This document shows positions 1 to 9,510 of a stretch of DNA of 64,000 nt, piece after piece (the stretch's first letter is position 1; the number at the start of each line of letters is the position of its first letter). The DNA comes from Monocercomonoides exilis PA203. Taxonomy: Eukaryota; Protista; Preaxostyla. Under the pieces are notes generated by a model that ran no database searches, was not told the origin of the DNA, and saw only the letters and a list, made by a program, of their open reading frames with translations. Position numbers and translations under genes: made by a program. The stretch spans positions 868,001-932,000 of the forward strand of contig LSRY02000017.1 in assembly GCA_001643675.2 (NCBI GenBank), read 5' to 3'.

Positions 1-106
1 TTCTCAAAGATTCTTCATCCAATTGGGATTTCAGTTCAACTTGATGATTTTCAATTAGATTTTCATTATTTAACGTTGAAGATTGTTCGTGTTCATTTGT
101 CGCCAT
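1..106 (-). CDS. 5' end of a hypothetical protein running off the window (MATNEHEQSSTLNNENLIENHQVELKSQLDEESLR...)
   Basis: ATG at 106 on the minus strand, open to the window edge, divergent from SKP1 across ~200 bp of AT-rich DNA. Confidence 0.5.
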   Translation of the reverse strand, partial: MATNEHEQSSTLNNENLIENHQVELKSQLDEESLR

Positions 107-305
107 GGAAAATCAAAAAAAGAAATAAAAATATGCTTATTATGGAAGAGGAATATTTTTCATCAATTGTTATTGTATTATCTTCTTTGTATTTCTAATT
201 TTTTTGAATTGCTAATAAATGTCATTAGCTATCTCAATTGATCAAAGCCCATACCACGAAGCAATAGTTTTTGTTGAAGTATTATTGAATAGATTTATTG
301 GATCA

Positions 306-906
306 ATGTCTGAAATTATAAAGATTACGACTGGAGATGGAAAAACACTTGAAGTTGCGAGAGAAGTTGCAATGGTATTTTATCTCAAATGTATTACTTC
401 GTAAAAGAAAATTATCAATACTTTATTATTTTAAGATGTGCGGGTCAATTCAACGTGCAGCTGAATTTGCAAGTTCAGATGATACAATTGATTTTCCAAA
501 CATAAAGTCAGCTGAACTTTCTCGAATTTTTGAGTATTGCGAATATCATAATCGTGCAAATCACTCCGAAGGGGTAAACGAAGCAGATGTAAAGGCTTTT
601 GATGCAAATTTTGTAAAAATGGATAAAGGATTGCTTTTTGCTGTTGTTGTCGCTGCTAATTTTTTGGATATCAAGCCTTTGCTCGATCTTTGCTGGTATA
701 ACATATTTTGTATTTTTGTAAAAAAACTTTCAAATTTGTTGAAAATGTTTTAACTTTGATAAAATGAATATTTCAGTGCTGCGATAGCAAATTCATTAAA
801 AGGAAAAACTCCCGAAGAAATCCGTAGAGAATATAACATTGAAAATGATTTGACACCTGAAGATGAAGAAGAAATTAAGGCTGAATCAGCATGGCTATAT
901 CAATAA
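306..906 (+). CDS. SKP1: SKP1 (SCF ubiquitin ligase adaptor); exons 306-374, 436-695, 777-906
   Basis: Spliced translation [17 protein letters not shown]...[19 protein letters not shown]...[54 protein letters not shown] is hallmark Skp1; GT-AG introns 375-435 and 696-776 keep frame. Confidence 0.96.
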
Positions 907-1690
907 TAAATTGTGTTATTTTATAGCACGCATCATCTTGGAAAGTTTTTCTTGCATTAACAATCGTTTTATCGATCATAATTTGATTTTTTTTTTTCAA
1001 AGAGTATTTTGACAGTCAGAGTAAAATTTCAAATCACATTAGCCTTTTTTAACATGTTTGAGCATTTTTAAAATAAGGAATCACTTTATATTTTCATTTT
1101 CGTGAACTGTATTATTATGCATTCAAAAAATGAATATGGGATTTCAAGTTTAGTTTCCAGAATTAGATAAAAGCCGATCGCTTTTCTGTCGATCTGCACT
1201 TTAATGGATGCACAATTGCAGATAAAAGTCGATGAAGATTTGCCAATGATGGATATGCACAACTTAATTAGTAACAACAAACTTTTTTTTTTTTTTTCGT
1301 GAAAAATAGAGTGCAATAATAGTATGTCGTGGTACAATCCGAAGGTATCGTCATCCTTAGATCTTAATGAAATTTTGTCAGAAATTCAACAATGCACTGT
1401 ACTTGATTATTATGCTATTGTCGCATGTCGGAAGTTAATGGTTTTGGAAAAAAATTGTTTTCTAATTTTTGTGATCAAAAAAATGATTAGGAATAAAAAT
1501 ATTTATTGCAATATATTTCCATCAAATTTTAATGAAAAAAGTTGTATTTGATAAAAATGGTGAAAAATGATTAATAATAATTATTATTAGGGTTCATATT
1601 CAGATGCACTTTTAACATTTCCTGCTCCATTGTCACTTTCTGACTCTGTTTTCTTTCCTTTAACTTTTTCACCAAAATTATTATCTATAT

Positions 1691-1958
1691 GGGACAAAAT
1701 ATTTGACTTCAGGCATATTCATAGAAAAAATATTTACTTTTCATAGACTTTTTGAGGAAAAAAAACACAATGAAAATGGGTTCATTTTTTGACATTCGTG
1801 AAATGTTGGAAATTTTTGTGTTTTTTTTTCAACGATGCCTGTTGAAGGAAATGAAAATCAAATATATTTTGAAATCTGATAAAATTTAATAATGTTATAA
1901 GTGAAACAATTTTTTCATGCTTTGTGCATAAAAAGCTTGAAAGTCCATATTTTACCCC
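1691..1958. mobile_element. MITE family B, copy 1 (268 bp, GGG...CCC ends, 4-bp TSD ATAT)
   Basis: ATAT|GGGACAAAAT...ATTTTACCCC|ATAT; internal sequence similar to copies at 8281, 46421 (inverted) and 47126. Confidence 0.85.
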
Positions 1959-1962
1959 ATAT

Positions 1963-2218
1963 GAGTGATTATTTTTGAAATAATATATTTCTTTGGAATG
2001 ATTATTTTTTCGAGGTCTGATGTTATTGACGAGAGAATATTTATCGATATGTTCAATGCTTTGATATTGTTTGCTGAAAAAACATACGTTGCAAAAGAAA
2101 GACAGCGAGGTGCATAAATGTCATTATCAAAAATATTTGATTGATTTCCAAGTTATTCTGACAAATACAAAAATCGAAAAATAAAACAGAAAAAACATGA
2201 AATCAAAAAGAATCACCC
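1963..2218. mobile_element. MITE family A copy (256 bp, degenerate ~22-bp TIR, TSD ATAT/GTAT)
   Basis: Left GAGTGATTATTTTTGAAATAAT; right end reverse complement GGGTGATTCTTTTTGATTTCAT; removing it together with the adjacent B copy restores the transposase tail frame. Confidence 0.75.
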
Positions 2219-3701
2219 GTATCAACAATTTCTTCAGATTCTTCTTATTCAATTTCGTTTCCCTCTATTTCTTTTTCATCATCGTCATCATCATTTTCCA
2301 TTCAAAGGTGCTTAACGAGTTCAGAAAAGGTGTTGTCAAATGAAGATTTGACAAGAAAAAGAGTTTGATAAGCATGCATCAATCGAATGCGAGATCCAAA
2401 AGAAGGAAAAGTGCAACGTAAATGAAAACACAACCCCTCTATTGAATATGTGCATGCTCCTGTGTTTTTATTGAAAAATTGCCATTTGCGGCAAACTTTA
2501 AAATGCTTGTATCCCAGAGTCTCCATAATGTCGTACGTTCTCCATTCATCAGACATTATTGTTGTCCCTTCCTTAATGAACTTCTGTATCAATGGAATGA
2601 GTGTCTCTCTTTTTCTGTTTGGCACCACGACAATGAATCTTCCTCCAGTTCCTCCATCCTCTTTCCTCTTCACTCCTCCACAAATCCAACTTTGTTTTTT
2701 CTTTCTTCCACGATGAAATTTTCTTTTCCTCCAAACCGCTTCACAAATTTCCACAATTTTGCCATCTCTTCCAAAAGACATCTGCCTTTCATTCCATAAG
2801 TCAGCACATGTTTTTCTGATGGCACTTCACCAATAGCCCACTGTGCCTTCATCGATTAATAGCAACATTGCAATATTTTTATTATGAATTTTCATCCGTA
2901 ATACAAGAAAACAAGCAGAGTGATATCCAATTTAATTTTTGTTTTGCTGAATTTCGTATTGGAAAGGAAGCTTGTTTTTGTCTTGTACTTCGGACAGGCA
3001 TAATATCTGGGTGATTTTTTTTGAAATCAAAAAAAAAGATCAAAAATCGAAAAAATAAAATCTTTTGTGGTATTTATTGATCAAAGAGTTTAATTGAATT
3101 TTTGTAAGTTTTTAGCTTTTTAAACTGTAATATATATTTGTTTTATTGTTTTATTAAAAAAAAAACATACCTTTGTGTTTTGAAAGAAAAAAAATTTTTT
3201 GATCAAGTTTAAAAAAATATTTTGAAAATGAACATTCATAATTGCACGAATACATTAAATTTAATTATTTCAAAGGAAATCCAATGAGTTTTTTGTTTAT
3301 CCAGCTAAAAATTCATCACCAAGTTTCTGTTCCAGCCGTGCAGTTCAACGGACTCATCAAATGGAGATTGTGCTGAAAAGGAACCAACAATCAATCAGAA
3401 CGACTGTCAATCTCGTCATTTCTTTTTTTATTCTTCGAATAAAATGCTCTTCCCACTTCATTTTCAATTTACAGCTCCTCTTCCTTCTGTTTCGAATCGA
3501 TTTATCCAAATATTCCTTTAGAAAATACAGCCGATATAATTTTCTTTCATTTTCAGTACTTTCTGCTCCATTCTTCTCGCGATGTTCATCAATTACTCTG
3601 ACAACACTTGCATATCTCCGAAGAAACACGTGCTTTTTATTTTTTTCACCAAGTTCATCTGCTTCTTTGTTATCCAAAAAGTGTGCGAAGGAGCATGAAG
3701 A

Positions 3702-3905
3702 ATGGATGTGCATTTTGTATGTGAATCCCTTGTCACTTCTGTGAATGATTACTTATTCGCCTTAATGACAAGCATCACACAGATAAACAGCTCGGTTGTT
3801 GGATATGACAGAACAGATGCCTTTTGCATCCGAAATGTCGATTTGTTTATATTTCTCAAAGGGAATTTCGCTGGAAATGGATATGTGGATAATCATCTTG
3901 GAATC
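3702..3905 (+). pseudogene. Captured fragment of the beta-helix receptor family
   Basis: DVHFVCESLVTSVNDYLFALMTSITQINSSVVGYDRTDAFCIRNVDLFIFLKG aligns ungapped with DMYFVCESFVASVKEPLFSFMRNITQKDNSVVGHDRTEAFGDWNVDLFIFFDG of the 2978-aa ORF (~15490-15680). Confidence 0.85.
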
Positions 3906-4939
3906 AAGGAAGTGAATTGATGGCTATCAAAGATGCCCTGCAAGAGCACACACAATGCGAAGGAGCTTCTGAAGAAAGCGCAGAACATAAGGCAGAGACT
4001 TTTGAGTGAGCTGATTTGTCTGTGGATTGGTGTGTGTGAAAACTAAATGGAGGAATGGAGATTAGATAAAGTTGAAGAAGAAGAGGTAGCAACAATTGGA
4101 GAATGAATGGAAGTTCAGATGACGTTAAATTGAAGCGAACGATTAATCCTCTTCTTTTCGGTCATAGAAAATCTTCATTACTTCATTCACCACTCCTCAA
4201 ATATCTTTTTTTCTATATTTTTAATTAAATTTCATACTGACAGTGCCATTCGTTGTAAACGTTCGACCCCTTCTTTCATCTCTTTAACTTTCTCTATTCA
4301 TCATGAAACACTTTTTCCCAACAAATATCTGCTCAATCACATTTGTAACGATTATCCAATTAAACTTTTCCCTTTCTCCTTCCATATAGCAATCACATTC
4401 AACAAGAATAACTTTCTCTTCTTCTTCTTCAACTTCTACATTAACTTCTTCCACATTTATTACATCTCCTTCATCTCCTTCTATTATTTCTTCTTTTTCT
4501 TCTTCTTCTCCCTTTTCTCCCTCTTCTTTCTTTCAACACGTCAGAAAATAGTTCTTTATTCTCTTTTCTTTCTCAATTTGTACTTTCTAAATACTTTCTC
4601 ATTTCGCTCATATGCTGAATCTTCACTCTTCTGCGTCTTGTTGAAGCTTTGCGAAATTTTCTTTTCTTTTCTTTTACTTCCTCCTACGCTAAATGAGTTT
4701 AAATATTCGTTGAATCAGCTTCATCCAGTTATCTTCTCTTCTGTCTGCTCTTATTTAGCTTCTGTTCCAATGTTTTTGCATCAGCTTCATCTCTCTTTTC
4801 CTTTTTCTTATCTCTCATAAATATGTCTTCCACATTTAACTCATATTTATCATCATTATTATTTCTTTAATCATATCTTCTCCTTCCCTTCCTTCACTTC
4901 CTCTTTTTTCTTTTCAATCTCACCCTCCTAACAGATTGT

Positions 4940-7050
4940 CAAATTAGCTGCATTTTGTGTTGTGTTTCAGAAATATGACTTCTCACACCTGGAATAATAC
5001 CTTCCGTTAACATTTTTGCAATGCAGGGGTCATCTGCAGAAAGTTGCTGTTCTTCCGAAGCAAAAGTTGATAATTGATCTGGTGACAGGGTTGCAGGAGG
5101 AGAATATCGAAATGGAGATGTTTAACTTGTTGCTGTGGTGAATGTGCTGGACAACAAGAAGACAACGACCTGATGCTTCAGCTGTGCTTGCTGGACTAGC
5201 TGGTGCGAAAAATACGAATAGCTTCGCTGTTCTGGCCAAGAGAAAGAGAATCGTTTCATATGAAAATTCCATTGTTGTGTGTTATAAGTGATAATCATCT
5301 CGTTGTTGCCTAATGGGTTGCTGAAGAAGCCATGTTGCAGATGCGAAGTGCCTCTGCACATTGAGCATAGCTCAAGTGCGCTGAAGAGCGATAGCAGAAA
5401 ACTAATGCACTGCCAAGTGACAAGTGCGCACTTCTCTTGGTGATGGGGAAGAAGGAGGATGCGCAAGCTATGCCACTATTTCACTTGTATATGTGACTGA
5501 AGAGCTGATTGAGCGAGATGGCAGTAAAGAAGGAGTGAGTCATGCTGGAGTGGCTTCCCTGCTGATTTGGAACAGAAGAAGCAGAAGAAGAAGGAAGTGT
5601 GTACAGCAAGGGATCCGCCAAGGAGTCAGTAGAAGGAAGAGTGGGACAATACGAAGGAAAAGCGACAGCTGGTGAGGATGCAGTTGTTGAAAATAGCTGC
5701 AACAGCAATGAGAAAGATGTGGCGAAGTGAACAGGGACAAGATTTCCAGAGGTTCAATCGACTTTCACGTCAGCAAGGGAGATATGGGTGTCGAAGAAAA
5801 AGGAGGCAAAGATTCAGAATGCGTTGCTGATGGAAGGGGCGATGTGGAGTACGGCTGTGAAGAGTGAAGCGCAGGAGGCAAGCGGGGAGCAGCACTGTCG
5901 GGCAGAGGAGACGATGTCTTGGTCGACGAATATCTGCTGAACGCGTTTGAAGGTGATAAAGGAAACGAGGCAGACATCATGGTCGGGGTCGGTGTCGGGG
6001 TCGGTGTGGGAGGAGTCGGAGCCGCAGATGGAGGTGTTGGTGGCGAGGGAGGGATGGGTGAAGTCGAGGGAAAAGATGTCCTTTCCGAAGAAGGTGTCGT
6101 TCAGGCGAAGTGGAAGTTGAGGATGGAAAGTGGGAGATGGGGGCCGGCTGTGGACAGCTAGAATCCTCTAAGTTTGTCAAGGGTGCTCAGGTCCGCACTG
6201 GGCATGTTCCAGTTGAAATGATCTGCATCCATTTCCGCCTTCAGCTAACTCCCTGACACAAACATCTTTCTGCCCTTCCACGCATCGCATCTAGCAAACA
6301 CCACGTGCTCGAGGGCAAATTGCCTGGTTGCATTAGCCTCCCCCATCAACACCCCTCTGCCCAGGCCAGAGCTTTGAACCTGCCTCCATTTGTTAAAGCA
6401 GTTTCTTCTTTGAAGGACGAATCATAAATCAGTAGGACATCATCTGCCGCCAACTTTGCTGCAACAATACCATCTCTGGAATTCGTTTTGTTCCTCATTT
6501 CCTGCCCTGCCTCACATCTTCCAATCCTCGCCATCTTCACCTGCTCCCCTTCTCAACTCCACTTCTGTATATGATCAAAAATCATTTTGCTTCCCTTCAC
6601 AATGCTGCTGTCTGTGCACTCTGTCAGTAAAAATATGATACAAACCTTTTCGCCCAGTATTTCGAAGTCGCTCAGCAACAAACTTTCTGATCCGAGTATT
6701 TTCAGCTTGAAACTCAACCTCTCCTCATCTCCAAGTTGCAAGCTGCGACTTGTGTTGCACTATTAGCTTGACTGTATTGTCTTTGAGGCTGAGCAAGCTG
6801 TTCGATGAACCAAAAGCTGTCTAACTTTGGACTCAAAGATAAGTCAGAAGAATATTTATCATCAATTGATACGGAGTTGTTGGCGAATTTCGAAGATAAA
6901 TAATTGTTTTAAAACAATAATTGAAGAAAGGCAGTGGGCGAAGTTATCAGTCAGACAACATATGGTTAAACCAAAAAGGAGGAAGTGGAAGTAGTATCGT
7001 TGAAGAAGAAGCTTGAGGAAGATGAGAAGGAAGAAGAATGGATGTCTGTG
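4940..7050 (-). pseudogene. Degenerate, frameshifted fragments of receptor-family genes (cargo of the 3009-7673 element)
   Basis: ~6200-6345 translates FALEHVVFARCDAWKGRKMFVSGS*LKAEMDADHFNW, matching the family motif LSSISFSGCRAAIGKNMFVKSSSL..FAF; S/T/P-rich stretches resemble the receptor N-terminus; many stops; boundaries approximate. Confidence 0.65.
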
Positions 7051-8280
7051 AGGAAATCATAAATATGCTAAGGAAGTTTAAGATTTATCCGAAACTGAAC
7101 TTCTTGAATTGTGTTGCCTTTTCTTTTGCATTTTTAAAACACAATTTTTCAATGACATTTTTTGATCAGTTTATTTGGAAAATCACTTTTGGATATTCGT
7201 ATTATTTACAAAAACAAACACAACTCATTGTTTTTTTGATAGATTTAATGTGCAACAACACATTTGTGACACGAATGCTTTTGAAAATATGTTGTTTTCA
7301 GCAAATTACTAGAAAATTGAAAAACAAATTTCAAATTTACTTCTCAATAACATCATAAAACTTATTATTATATATAAAATTGATAAATTATGTATTGTGA
7401 TTATTGTTATCATGTTATATTAACGATTGAACAAGTATTATGTTCTTGTTTTTTCAGTTTTGATATTTCGTGAATTTTTTTATAATTTTTTTGAAAATAT
7501 GAAATAAAAACAATTGGAAACAAATTAATATCAACAAATAAATATTAATAATGATATATAAAACTTTAATTTTATGTAATTTCAAATAAAATTTTTCAAA
7601 TCAACCCCACCCTTAATGAAAATTTTTCATGATCAAACGTCGGAATTTTTTATGATATCAAAAAAAATCACCCATCTGTATTTTCCATTTTTGTAAATAT
7701 ATTTGTCGAATCTATGCTTTTTGCACACAGAATGCGATTAATTCCGAATATAATGAAGAACCAATCCCATGCTTCATCGTCATTATTAAACAAACTATTG
7801 AAATCGGATATTTCTTTTTTTTTTTAACGATGAGCTTTTCATCATGTTCTTTGAAATCAACTTTTATCAAAACCTGTAAAATGAAAAAAAAAATAAAATT
7901 TATTACGGGATTATTTTTATTTTATTTGATTTCATTTTGGAAACACTTTTCCGATACATAAAACTATTTTCATTATTATTATAATGTGCTGAAAAGACCT
8001 AATAATTAAAGTTTTGTGAATATAGAAAATGACGTTATCTTCGGATCAGACCCATATTCCGTGTTATCATTTCATTTTCGATGTATTTGGACAAAACTTC
8101 GCTTGAGAACCCACTCCCTGATATCGTTTCTGCCCTGATAATTCCTTCAACAAAAAAAGTGGTCTTTCCTTTTTCATGTGCGTAATTTATTGAAAGAGCC
8201 CATTTTTTTGATCGCTCATCTTATAACATTGAACCCGATTTCCGTTGTACTTCGGAAAGCTTGTTTTCTTCAAAATATAA

Positions 8281-8547
8281 GGGACAAAATATTTCACTTC
8301 AGGCATTTTCATTAAAAAATTATGCACATAAGATGAATTTTTTGTTATCAAAATATTTGAAAAAACGGGTTTGTTTTTTGAAATACATATGAGGTCACAA
8401 AACAGAATGTTATTATTTCAATGATGTTTGTTTACAGATATGAAAATCAAATTTTTTTTGAAATCTGATGAAGTTAAAAAATGTTATAAGTGAAACAATT
8501 TTTTCGAACTTTGTGCATAAAAAGCTTGAAAGTCCATATTTTCCCCC
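8281..8547. mobile_element. MITE family B, copy 2 (267 bp, TSD ATAA)
   Basis: ATAA|GGGACAAAATATTTCACTTCAGGC...AAAGCTTGAAAGTCCATATTTTCCCCC|ATAA. Confidence 0.88.
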
Positions 8548-9510
8548 ATAAAAAAGGACAGATATTTGGTGTTAATTTTTCACAAAACGATAAACAATTT
8601 CAAATTGTATAATGTTCGAAAAATGAAGCAAAGCTGGTTTGGAATTACTTAAAGAAGAGCAGTCTTCAAATATCAATGAACCTGAACATTAAATATTCGT
8701 GACTTTTCAAAAAGATTAATTCAAAATAAAAAAAAATCTTCTTCATTATGAACTCTTGTTTTTTTTTTTTTTTTTTTTTTTTGGAAAAGTTGACTTCGTT
8801 TTGAAAAAAAACAGTCTTTTTCGTGTTTATCCTTGCGAAAAAAGATGAGGTTGCTTTCTGTTCGTTCAATCTCAAAAAAATATTGAGAAATCTGCTTCGA
8901 ATAAAAAGATATAGACAAAACACAAAAACTTCAACCACTAAAAAAATCTCACAAAAACATGGATGTACAAAATAAATAGTCAAAAAATAAAAATATCTTC
9001 AAAATGTTGCTGGTATAAAACAAAAACAAAACGAAACGAAAAAATGAAATTTCATCCCCAACCAACAAAAACAGATTGCAACCATGAAAAAAAAGGAATA
9101 CGCAAAATATAAAAAGAAGAAAGTGAAAGAGAACTTCAGTGAAAGAACAGCATTCAATCATTGCTCCTCCCCAATTGTCACAATGATTGAAAATGGTGCT
9201 CAGCAATAAAATCACAAAGTTAATACAAAACAAAATGCAATAATATAAATATTAGTATTACACAGCTTTAACAATTTGTTTGTAAATCCAATTCGCATTT
9301 TCTGCAATCTTTCAGAAGACCACAAGTCTCGAAAGATTCAATCCAAAATTCATGAACATACACACAAAACATCATACTCATTCAATTTGGTTTTCACTCC
9401 ATTCCTTGAACAATCTCTCCGTTTTCAACTTCCAACTGAACTCTTCAAAAGAAAAAAAAAATGAACAAATGACTTTATCAAATACCTTGAAACATCCAGA
9501 CCGTTTCCAC

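Larger units (their letters stand above)
3009..7673. mobile_element. 4.67-kb non-autonomous TIR element (family A ends) carrying host gene fragments; 4-bp TSD ATCT
   Basis: ATCT|GGGTGATTTTTTTTGAAATCA ... TGATATCAAAAAAAATCACCC|ATCT; flanks rejoin into transposase coding sequence (minus strand NGKYR-YYACPK). Confidence 0.85.
1587..7815 (-). pseudogene. Merlin / IS1595 (ISXO2-like) DDE transposase pseudogene, split into pieces ~7815-7674, 3008-2219 and 1686-1587 by three later insertions
   Basis: Core 2302-2781: VEI(C)E..RKFHRGR..W.CGG..VPNRKRETLIPLI..I.EGTTIMSDEWRTY..H..V..IEG. 2782-3008: CPK.KTKTSFLSNTKFSKTKI plus an HTH-like LIDEGTVGYW. 7674-7815: DFNSLFNNDDEAWDW..C (IS1595 Zn-ribbon N-terminus). 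Acidic tail ends EYEP* at 1587. Stops, frameshifts and D->C at the first catalytic Asp. Confidence 0.88.

Noticed and set aside
1000-1560. Short ORFs 1086-1337 and 1324-1551
   Set aside because: No recognisable motif; possibly a decayed element relic but not supportable
2197-3030. Inverted motifs at 2197-2218 and 3009-3030 as the TIRs of the Merlin transposase
   Set aside because: Their GG termini face the transposase core, so the elements extend away from it; each pairs with another end (1963, 7673) and a TSD, and the transposase continues beyond them
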